Positions 8,349 through 17,000 of a stretch of 18,392 nucleotides of DNA are shown here, in pieces. The DNA is from Pseudomonadota bacterium (GTDB taxonomy: Bacteria > Bdellovibrionota_B > Oligoflexia > Oligoflexales > CAIYRB01): positions 1 to 18,392 of the forward strand of contig JANOTL010000175.1 of the NCBI GenBank assembly GCA_031416315.1, written 5' to 3'. A program made the translations under genes and the position numbers. Each line of letters begins with the position of its first letter. Within the stretch, counting starts at the first letter, position 1. The notes beneath the pieces were generated by a model that searched no databases, was not told the origin of the DNA, and saw only the letters and a list, made by a program, of their open reading frames with translations.

Positions 8349-10868
8349 ATGAAATGGTTGTTCCTCGCCCTCCTCAACCTCGCGCTCACCGCGCAGGCGC
8401 AGGGCGCGGGAAGCCTCCGCGACTTCGGGGTCGAGCTCGCCAATCGCGCCGACGTCGCCCCCTGGACCAAGGCGGAGGAAGCCGCCATCCTCGCCCTCCT
8501 GCGCTCGTTTCCGAAAGAGCTGCAGCACCTCGGCCGCATCCGCGTCCTAAAGGCGCCGATCGGCAGCAAGCGCCCCCTTCGGGATCACCTCGCCCCCGCG
8601 ATCCTCTACTGGCAGCTGGAGTTAGACGCGAAATCGCCGTCGCTCCTGGACCTCAAGCGCACTTTCGTCCATCACTGGCTCCACGTCTTCGACGCACAAG
8701 AGCACGTCTCGTCCTCCGCAGCCTGGCGCTCCCTCTCGGGCTGGCGTCGCCGCGAGTACTTCGGCGTCGAGATCCCGCTCCTCATGCGCGAAGCGGAGAA
8801 TCAGGATCTGCGCGCTTTCGCCTCGGAGACCGGCCTCGACAGCCCCGAAGAGGACTTCGCCACCTTCGGCGAGGAGTTCTTCGTCACACCGGACACCGCG
8901 ATCGAGGATTCGATCGCCTGCCGCACTCCCGACAAGTACGGCTTCTTCCGCCGCCAGTTCCCCGACTACAAGCCCTACCTCGACCAACCGCACATCAAGT
9001 GCCGCGGCTCGGGCGAAGGCTTCCTCGACGACCTCGTCTTCCTCGACCCCGTCACCGCCAGCCCGGTCCCGATGGGGCCGATCGACGCCAAGACCGTGCG
9101 CGGCTTCGAGCTGCTCTACGCCACTCCCGGCGTCGGCGACGCGAGCGAGATCGCCGGTCACCTCGTCCTCCGCATCAAGCTCGCGAACAATCCCGAGGCC
9201 GACCGGCTGGGCATCGAGAACCCCCGCGACCTGGTCGTCAGCTTCCTCGCCGACACCGAGCCGGCGAAAAGCGAAGGCGCGCCGAACGCGCAGGCTTCGG
9301 CGTCCGGGGAATGCCAGGAAGGCTTTTTCAACCTCGGCGCCGAGGGCAAGGCCGACTTCGACGCGATGCAGTCCGTGTTTCAGGCCCTGAAGGGGTTGAG
9401 CGGCGGTTTTCTGACGACGTTCGACCGGCAAACGCTGCAGCAAACGGTGAAATCCTACACCGTCGACCAAGACCGCAACCTCCTACGCTACGAGCTGAAG
9501 CTCGACGAGAAGCAGAAAGCCCGCCTCCTCGACCGCCTCTACCTCGCGAAGAAGAGCTACAAGGCCAAGTACTACTTCTTCGACCGCAATTGCGCCTCGA
9601 TCCTCGTGCAGCTCATTGGCGACGGCATCGGCGATCGCGACGTCGCCGAGTTCGATCCTTTCGTCGTGCCGCCGAACGCGCTCGTCGCGCTCATGATTCG
9701 TAAGGGCCTCGCCGCGCAGAGTCACCCTGCGTTCTATAGCTACCGGAAAAAGGGGCAACTCGCACAAGAGCTCCTCCGCACCGAGCTCGACGCCCTCAAG
9801 CTTAAGGATCCGCAGCGCGTCTGGCCGGATGCCGACGAGCTCCTCTCCCGTGACGAGGTCGAGCGCATGAGAGGCTACAAGGCGCTCGGCGCGCTCGCGA
9901 TCAATCACGCGGAGCTCTCCGGCCCCATCTACAAGCTCGGCTCGCTCGGCCAGGACGCAGAGCTCGTCCACCAGGAAAAGAGTCAGCGCTGCGAGCGGTA
10001 CACCTCCGAGGCGACGGCGGCGATCCGCAGCTTCCAACGCGAGGTCTTGAAACGCCGGCCCAAAGTCGCGCAGAGCTTCGCCGTCGACACCAACAAGGCC
10101 GTTGCCGAGCTCTACCAAGGCAACGAAGACGCCGCGGCGCGCGCCGGCTCCTCGCACACGAACCTCTCGAGCGTCACCGTCGGCGGCGGCGTCTCCGATG
10201 GCGAGCGCGTCGTCTCGCTCGGCAGCGCGCTCCACAAGCAGGACATGGGCTCACGCACCCGCCAATCGATGCAACGCGCAACCGCCGTCACGCTCGGCGA
10301 GGCACGGCTCGACTTCGGGCGCGACGGCCTTCGCGCTTGGCGCGTCACGGGTCTTTCCATCCGCAAATTCAAGGAGCGCCTCGACGAGGTCCCCAACTTC
10401 TTCGATCCGTACGGCACGTTCGGCTTGGGACTGCAGGTGTTGGACCTCGAAGGCCGTCCTTACGCACGCGAAAGTTTCGGGACCCTCGCCGGCGGGGAAA
10501 TCTCGTTCAACCTCGCGTCCTCGCGATTTCATGAGCATTACCTGTACGTCGCGGCCGGCGCGGCACTCGACGCCGACGCGAAAGACGGCGCGACGACGCC
10601 GCGCGCTGCGCTTCCCTTGCGTGTCGAGGCCCTGTGGACCTTTGACGCGGTCCGCCGCTTCCAGCTGCGCTCCAGCGCGGAATGGCGGCCCTCCTATTAT
10701 GCCGGGACTCTGCGCCGAGAGTTTTCGTACCGCGGCAGCCTTGACTACCTGGTAGGTGAGCCACACCTTGGTAGGCTGACCGAAAGCACCGAGCTGGTGC
10801 TACGACTGTCGGTCGAGCGAGGGAGGACGTATAATTGGCTACTGACCCTCGAGCTCAACCGCTGGTGA
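8349..10868 (+). CDS. DUF4105 / Lnb N-terminal-domain protein with an N-terminal zincin-like domain and a C-terminal beta-barrel-like region
   Basis: Signal peptide; HHWLH...SPEEDFA...EEFF; LLYA...AGHLVLRI (His271); YELKL...YYFFDRNCA (Cys415); beta-strand-rich C-terminus ending in LELNRW. Confidence 0.82.
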   Translation: MKWLFLALLNLALTAQAQGAGSLRDFGVELANRADVAPWTKAEEAAILALLRSFPKELQHLGRIRVLKAPIGSKRPLRDHLAPAILYWQLELDAKSPSLLDLKRTFVHHWLHVFDAQEHVSSSAAWRSLSGWRRREYFGVEIPLLMREAENQDLRAFASETGLDSPEEDFATFGEEFFVTPDTAIEDSIACRTPDKYGFFRRQFPDYKPYLDQPHIKCRGSGEGFLDDLVFLDPVTASPVPMGPIDAKTVRGFELLYATPGVGDASEIAGHLVLRIKLANNPEADRLGIENPRDLVVSFLADTEPAKSEGAPNAQASASGECQEGFFNLGAEGKADFDAMQSVFQALKGLSGGFLTTFDRQTLQQTVKSYTVDQDRNLLRYELKLDEKQKARLLDRLYLAKKSYKAKYYFFDRNCASILVQLIGDGIGDRDVAEFDPFVVPPNALVALMIRKGLAAQSHPAFYSYRKKGQLAQELLRTELDALKLKDPQRVWPDADELLSRDEVERMRGYKALGALAINHAELSGPIYKLGSLGQDAELVHQEKSQRCERYTSEATAAIRSFQREVLKRRPKVAQSFAVDTNKAVAELYQGNEDAAARAGSSHTNLSSVTVGGGVSDGERVVSLGSALHKQDMGSRTRQSMQRATAVTLGEARLDFGRDGLRAWRVTGLSIRKFKERLDEVPNFFDPYGTFGLGLQVLDLEGRPYARESFGTLAGGEISFNLASSRFHEHYLYVAAGAALDADAKDGATTPRAALPLRVEALWTFDAVRRFQLRSSAEWRPSYYAGTLRREFSYRGSLDYLVGEPHLGRLTESTELVLRLSVERGRTYNWLLTLELNRW

Positions 10869-11716
10869 TCGTTCACGTGTCCAGTCAATCCGACATCGAT
10901 GCCGAGCTCGCCCGTCGCGAGGAGGCCCGCCTCCGGAACCTCCCCCAGGTGAAGGACCAGACCGACCCGGACTATGTTCCGGTCATCGAGGACTTCGTCC
11001 CTTCGGCCGCGCGGTCCAAAGGCCACCTCTGGCGTCTCCCGAGCACTTGGAGCTCCCGCTCGGCCGTCGCCTGCTTCGTTCTCTTCGTCGCCTTCTCGAT
11101 CCGCCACTGGCTCGTTCCCTCGTCTGAGACCTGGTGGGCGAGCGGCACCCAGGTCTTCCAGAACGGCGAATGGTGGCGCACCTTCACGGCGCTGTTCACC
11201 CATTCCGACATGGGACACCTGCTCTCGAACGCGCCGCTTTTTCTGATCTTCGGCTGGTTCCTGCGCGCTTTCTTCGGCTGGCTCGCCTTTCCGCTCGCGA
11301 GCTTCGCGGTCGGCATCCTGAGCAACGTCGCCACGCTCGCCACGTATCCGGCGCAGACGCACCTCCTCGGCGCCTCCGGCATGCTCTACGGCATGGTCGC
11401 CCTCTGGCTCGTCTTCTACTGCAAGTTCGCGACGGAGTATCCGTTCCACATCCGCATGCTGCGCGCCGTCGGCGTGTCGATTTTATTGCTCTTCCCGACG
11501 ACCTACCAAAAGAACGTGAGCTACATGGCCCACTTCGCCGGATTCTTGATCGGCGGAGGCGTCGGATTCGCGCTGCTGCCTTTCATCCGGCCGCGCAGCG
11601 CGCTCGAGGATCGACATCCGGAATCACGCGTGCACGCCACCATTTCGGACGAGACCGTTCCGTCGCTCCACGCCCCAAGTCGGACACGCGTGCCGGGAAT
11701 TCCGCGCCGCGATTGA
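10865..11716 (+). CDS. Rhomboid family intramembrane serine protease
   Basis: GTGA overlap with the upstream stop; EWWRTFTALFTH..MGHLLSN, catalytic GASG, SYMAHFAGFLIG; multiple TM helices. Confidence 0.92.
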   Translation: MIVHVSSQSDIDAELARREEARLRNLPQVKDQTDPDYVPVIEDFVPSAARSKGHLWRLPSTWSSRSAVACFVLFVAFSIRHWLVPSSETWWASGTQVFQNGEWWRTFTALFTHSDMGHLLSNAPLFLIFGWFLRAFFGWLAFPLASFAVGILSNVATLATYPAQTHLLGASGMLYGMVALWLVFYCKFATEYPFHIRMLRAVGVSILLLFPTTYQKNVSYMAHFAGFLIGGGVGFALLPFIRPRSALEDRHPESRVHATISDETVPSLHAPSRTRVPGIPRRD

Positions 11717-11740
11717 GGCGCTTTATGCTATCTTGAGGCG
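11713..11740 (+). promoter_or_regulatory. Extended -10 promoter (TGnTATCTT) between TTGAGGCG direct repeats; likely leaderless mntA transcript
   Basis: TG 11726-27, TATCTT 11729-34, ATG at 11741; TTGAGGCG at 11713-20 and 11733-40. Confidence 0.45.
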
Positions 11741-12148
11741 ATGGAACAAGTTCGACTGAACGAACTGGCCTTCCTCCTCAAAGACCGTGCCGATGCTGGC
11801 GCGGTCTACGTGTTTGGCTCGTTCGCGACCGGACGATTCCGCGATGACAGTGACCTCGACCTTGCATTTATGACCCGTCGCGATGTCGATCGAGACGAGC
11901 TCTTTACGCTTCAAGCGGAGCTCGCGGCGATCGCCGGTCGTGAGGTTGACCTCGTAAAGTTCTCGGATGCTCCAGAACCGCTCCAGGCGGAGATTCTTCG
12001 TCAAGGCATTCTCGTTGCGTCATGGGATGAAAATCTACGCGCGACACAAGCAATGCAGGCGATGAGTCGCTATCAGCGCCTAAACGAAGAACGGCGTCCA
12101 TCACTTGACCTTCGACTAGGGAAAGACGGATGGAAACGCCTATCCTGA
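11741..12148 (+). CDS. mntA: Type VII TA antitoxin, MntA-like minimal nucleotidyltransferase
   Basis: VYVFGSFATGRFRDDSDLDLA (GS-X10-DXD), EVDLV, 135 aa, overlapping a downstream HEPN gene. Confidence 0.9.
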   Translation: MEQVRLNELAFLLKDRADAGAVYVFGSFATGRFRDDSDLDLAFMTRRDVDRDELFTLQAELAAIAGREVDLVKFSDAPEPLQAEILRQGILVASWDENLRATQAMQAMSRYQRLNEERRPSLDLRLGKDGWKRLS

Positions 12149-13527
12149 AGATCGACGCCCTGCGTCGCTGCATCCGACGCGTGCGGGAAGTCGCCGCGAG
12201 AGACCCTTCGATCACGAGTCTCGACGTTCAGGAAATCATCGTCCTGAACTTGCAGCGAGCCTGTGAGCAAGCCATCGATCTCGCAAATTTTGTTTGCGCT
12301 TTCGAGAAGCTCGACATCCCGAGGACCTCCGCGGAGGTTTTCACGATTTTGGAGCAAGCCTCGATCTTGGCGCCGCTTTTGGCGCTTTCCATGCGCAGAA
12401 TGGTTGGCTTCAGAACCGTGGCTGTTCATGAGTATCGGCGCCTGGATCCGGCGATTGTCCGATCGATCGTGACGACAAAGCTGGAAGATTTCGAGTTTTT
12501 CGTCGCGGCGGTCGGCAAGCGACTGAAAATCGCGACCGACGATCGTCCAAAAGACGTCCATGCCGCCTCAAATCGAATCGCCAGCCTGACCGTGATTCGC
12601 ATCGACCTCGAAGGAGATCACCTAGGGGACGACTTCACGGTCTCCTTTGCGATTGGCGACTCGCGGGAGTCGATGCCATGCCAGATAATTTCGGGTCAGT
12701 CTCAAACGTTCCGTCGAACCCTCGCGCACTTTTCGATCGACGATCTCTCGCGACCTCTGAAAATAAAGCTATCAACTGTCGAGAAGGACCCCATCGTCGA
12801 CGATCTCGGCGAGTCCAGTTTGGACGTTTCGCAGTCGGGCGAGGGGTGGGAGAATCAGATCTTGATCGCCGAGATCCAAGTTCAAGGCAAAGGCCGCGGA
12901 GAATCTCGCAAACGCGCAAAGATGACCGTCGTTTCTGAGTTGAATGTCACGGCTGGGCGCCTGTTCGTCGACGACATTTCGCCCGATGGTTGGCTCATCG
13001 CCCAGCTGGACGGCGGCTCTCAGGTGATTTTGCCTCACAGTCTTGAAATTGAGTGTTCGCGTCAGGAAGCGGGTCGCGAACTGTTCAAAATTCTCGAGGG
13101 CGCCCACCTCGGCAGACTCGCCAGTGCCGCACTCGGCGCGGGAAACTTGAGCCACTTCGTCCTCAATATGCCCCGAATGGCGCCAGCACGTCTTTCGTAC
13201 GCAAGGCAGGACAACCGCATGCACATCGAAGGCCTGGGCGACTTTGCGACGAGGCCGAATGAGTCAAATCCAGTTCCGGTCGGAACCTATCCGATCTGCA
13301 TCCCTGATTTGCCGCACGCTCGGGTCAGACAGTATTTGAGGCAGGCGCCCCACGCAAAATTGTGGTTTCGAATCGGAATGGAGGGTGATCGTTACATCCA
13401 CCCTGGTACCGTGACGCAAGGCTGCATCACGGTTTCGCAGATTGACTCTTGGGAGCAGATCTATCACCACCTTATCTACTCCCGTTCCGGCGACCAGCAA
13501 ACGGTCGGCACGTTAGAAGTGACATGA
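12130..13527 (+). CDS. hepT: HepT/DUF86 HEPN ribonuclease toxin fused to a beta-sandwich-like region and an L,D-transpeptidase/Tlde1-like domain
   Basis: aa 1-~135: LNLQRACEQAIDLA, GFRTVAVHEY (R95-X4-H100-X-Y102). The uninterrupted frame continues to GTYPICIPD, WFRIG and YIHPGTVTQGCITV (H424, C432). Confidence 0.85.
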   Translation: METPILKIDALRRCIRRVREVAARDPSITSLDVQEIIVLNLQRACEQAIDLANFVCAFEKLDIPRTSAEVFTILEQASILAPLLALSMRRMVGFRTVAVHEYRRLDPAIVRSIVTTKLEDFEFFVAAVGKRLKIATDDRPKDVHAASNRIASLTVIRIDLEGDHLGDDFTVSFAIGDSRESMPCQIISGQSQTFRRTLAHFSIDDLSRPLKIKLSTVEKDPIVDDLGESSLDVSQSGEGWENQILIAEIQVQGKGRGESRKRAKMTVVSELNVTAGRLFVDDISPDGWLIAQLDGGSQVILPHSLEIECSRQEAGRELFKILEGAHLGRLASAALGAGNLSHFVLNMPRMAPARLSYARQDNRMHIEGLGDFATRPNESNPVPVGTYPICIPDLPHARVRQYLRQAPHAKLWFRIGMEGDRYIHPGTVTQGCITVSQIDSWEQIYHHLIYSRSGDQQTVGTLEVT

Positions 13528-14042
13528 GCATGCGGACTTTGCTGCTCTCGATAGTCTTGGCGGCGGGGACGTTCTTCGGCCTGTTGACGAGCTCGCCGAT
13601 GGCATTGCAACGCTACGGCCGTAAGCTTTTCGTTGGAATGCATGTCGAGCCATTCGACGAACCGACGAAGGAAGGCGCCTTCAACGTTTATTTCGTCGAC
13701 ACGGCTGAACATTCAGAATACGGCATGGATCCGAAGAGCCTCTCCCAAACCCGAGTCGTCAATGAGCAAGGTGGCCACCTCCACATCCTTGAGTTCAAAG
13801 GCACCGAGTCTTTTGGAATTCTGATCGTTCACGATGGTGTCCGTTTTCTGCCCGCGGAAGCCCTTATGGTCGTGACCGACGACCGCAACGTCGTCACGGC
13901 GATTTTTCGCAACGTCTCCATCGCAGATGTCCGCCTCGCAGGCGAAGCAGCAAAGGGCGAAAAGAGGGCGGTCGATCGCGTGCGCCGTGGGCTAGCTAAA
14001 GCTCAAGCTAAGTTCGACTGGTTCCTCGACGCGGCCCTTTAG
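13524..14042 (+). CDS. Membrane-anchored/exported hypothetical protein, candidate partner or immunity protein
   Basis: ATGA overlap with the hepT-fusion stop; hydrophobic N-terminus MSMRTLLLSIVLAAGTFFGLL; same low-GC codon style as the island. Confidence 0.75.
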   Translation: MSMRTLLLSIVLAAGTFFGLLTSSPMALQRYGRKLFVGMHVEPFDEPTKEGAFNVYFVDTAEHSEYGMDPKSLSQTRVVNEQGGHLHILEFKGTESFGILIVHDGVRFLPAEALMVVTDDRNVVTAIFRNVSIADVRLAGEAAKGEKRAVDRVRRGLAKAQAKFDWFLDAAL

Positions 14043-17000
14043 AGACTTCCGGCGGTCAGCTAAGGCCTCGTTCCCTGAACGCTTCGACCTTTCGAGTGAG
14101 CGCGGCGCGAACGCGCGTTTGACGTGGCCGCCCTCGAGGTCGACGACCAGATCGGCGTCCTCGACGGTCCCCAGGCGGTGCGCGATGACGAGCACCGTCT
14201 TATCGACGCAGGCATGGCGAATCGTCGTCTGGATCAAGGCGTCCGTCTCGACGTCGACGCTCGCGGTCGCTTCGTCCATGACGATGATCTTCGCATCGAC
14301 GAGAAGCGCGCGGGCCAGGCAAAGCAGCTGGCGCTGTCCCTGACTGAAGTTGTGCCCGTTTTCCTTCACGTCGGCGTCGAGCCCGTTCGGCAGCCCGGCG
14401 ATGAACTCCTTCAAGTGCGCGCGCTCGAGCGCCTGCCAGAGCGACGCGTCGTCATGCTGGCCGAACCGGTCGAGGTTCTCGCGCAGCTTGCCGCGAAACA
14501 GCGTCGGATCCTGCGGAATGATCGCGACCGCTCGGCGAAGCCGCTTCAAAGGCACGCCGGCGATGTCGCGCCCGTCGATCCGGATGGTGCCCTCGCGGAT
14601 TTCCATCACGCGGAAAAGCGCCTGAAAGATGGTGCTTTTCCCCGAGCCGGTGCGGCCTACCAAGCCCGCCTTCGAGCCGCCGGGAATCGTGAACGTGACG
14701 CCCTTCAGCACGTCGGGAAGGTGCTCCGCGTAGCGCGCGACGACGCCGTCGAAGGTGATCGTGCCCGCCGTCGGCCAAACTTCGTCCGCCGTCACCGAAG
14801 GCACGGACGTGCGGATGTCGGGCTCCTGTGGAATTTGCCCGTAGTTCTTCAGACGCTCGACCGAGGTCATCTTCGACTCCGCGTCGGCGAAACTTCGCAC
14901 GCCCCAGTTCAAGGACTCCCAGAACCGCAGCGAATAGATCAGCACGAGACCGGCAAGGCCAGCCGGAAGCGCTCCTTGCTGGGACGCGAGCACGACGCCG
15001 GTCGCCGTCGCGATCGAGACCGCAGCGCCGATCATCGGCACCCGCACCGAGAACCATCGGTTCAAGAGCACGAGCCCGTGGAAGTCGCGTTGGCTCGCCG
15101 CCGTGACCGCGTAGAACCCCTCGGTGAAGTACGCTCCCTTGTGCGCGCCGCGGATCACCGCCAGACCGCTCAAAGTCTCTTTGAAATGGGCAAATCGCGG
15201 CGACCGCGACACCGAGAAGATTCGCTGCGCCTCGCGCGCGCAGACGCGGTACCGCCGCTGCAACCGGATGAAGAGGAAGATCACGGGTACGATCGCCACG
15301 ATCGTGATCGGCAGCGCGCCGACTAAGACCGCCGTCGCGCCCGCCGTGACGAAAGTCGCCCGAACCGTATGCTCGAACGACCAAGGCAAGTTGCGCTCGA
15401 CCGCATCGACGTCACGAGAAAAGCGGTTGAGGACGCGACCCACGGGCGTCGAGTCGAAGAAGCGGATCGGCGCGCCCATCACCGCGCGCAGCGCGTCGTC
15501 GTGGAGATGCCGGCCGGCCGCGACGGCGCGCAAGTTCCAGATCAGCTTCTGCAAGCCTTGCACGGCCAGAGCCGCCAGGCCCAATGCGCCGAAGATGTAG
15601 AGATTGCGCCAGCCCTCGGCCTGCGTCGCCGTCGTCACCCGCTCCGTCCATTGGGCCAGCCACGTATTCTGCAGAATCGGCAGCACCGTCAGCGCCACCG
15701 TCGCGACGAAGAGGAGCGGCAGCATCGTCAGCCGCGATTGCCGCGAGCGGCCGCCGAGCGCTTTGATATATTCCCAATAAATATGAGCCTTTACGGCGCC
15801 TCTTTCCCGGTCCTCTTCGGACGTGATGCGCGCCTCGCCGCCGGTCGGAGCCGCCTCCGATGCGGCCGCGACGCCGTCGTCCTTCAACGCCTCTCCGGCG
15901 CCCCGCGTCGCCCCGTGCTCGGCGACGAACTGCGCAAATCGCGGCTCTTGCGCCACAAGCTCCTGGTAACGCCCCGACGCCACGATCGCCCCGTTCTCGA
16001 GGAAGACGACCTGATCGAACCGATCGAGATGCTCGAGTCGATGCGTGACGACGACGCGCGTCGACCCCTTCCAGACGCCGAAAAGGAGATGATCGACGAG
16101 GTGAGTCTCCGTCGCATGGTCGACCGCCGACAGAGGGTCGTCCAGCAGGATCAATCCGGGCCGCGCCATCGCTGCACGCGCCAGGGCGACACGTTGCTTT
16201 TGTCCGCCGGAAAGGTTGACGCCGTGCTCGCCGATCTCCGTCTTGATCCCAGCCGGAAGGCGCGCTAAATCCGGCTCGAGCGCGGTGGCGAAGACGACGG
16301 CGTCGAGGCCGAGGTCGGGCTCTCCGAAGAGCAGGTTGTCGCGCAAAGTCCCGTTCCGGACGAACGCTTCCTGCGGCACGAACGCGGTCCGCGGCGCCAT
16401 GCCCTCCGGCAGCCCCGGAAATCCGACGCGTCCGCCGGTGATCGGCAGCTCACCGAGCGCCGCGAGCAGCATGCTCGTCTTGCCGGATCCGACCGGCCCG
16501 ACGATTGCCACGCTCGAGCCGGCGGGAATCGAGACGCGCACGTTCGTCAACACGTCGCGCTCCGCGTCGTCGAAACGCGCCGTCACGTCCGCCAGCTCCA
16601 GGCCGATCGCCCCGCCGGCCGGCGCGACCGGCCGCTCGTCGAGCGGCAAGGTCGGCAGCTTCAGATAGGTGAGGATCCGGCCCGCGCTGACGCGTGCATT
16701 CACCGACTCGGAGATGTAGCGCGTGATGTTGCCGAACGGGTGCTCCAGCATCGCGAACAGCGACAGACAGGGGAAAACCGTCGCCGCGTCGAGCTGCCCG
16801 CCCATCCACAGCCGCGTGCCGAAGGCCGCAAGGCAAACGAAGGTGTTCGCGCCGACGTAGATCAGTAAGGATCCGGCGTCGGTCTTCATCAGGCGCCGTC
16901 GCGCCTCGATCTCTTTGCCGCGCACTTTCTCGATCTCGCCGAGGATCTCGTCCTGCCAGGCGAAGAACTTGACGATGCGAATCCCAGCGAGCATTTGCGA

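Larger units (their letters stand above)
11720..14100. other. Lower-GC accessory island (three genes)
   Basis: Hand-counted sample lines: 31/60 GC at 12241-12300 versus 42/60 at 11341-11400; many A/T-ending codons. No integrase or transposase seen; boundaries approximate. Confidence 0.65.

Noticed and set aside
11625..11693. CACGCGTGC twice, 60 bp apart, in the rhomboid tail
   Set aside because: Short GC-rich palindrome with no supporting context.
12520..12590. Out-of-frame TGA and ATG in the HepT linker as evidence of two separate genes
   Set aside because: That ATG opens only MPPQIESPA-stop. Splitting the gene would need two compensating indels, and the main frame is open as given; read-level confirmation is still advisable.
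11703..14109. CGCGCCGCG (11703) / CGCGGCGCG (14101) as terminal inverted repeats of the island
   Set aside because: Only 9 bp of pure GC, expected by chance here; no transposase or target duplication.
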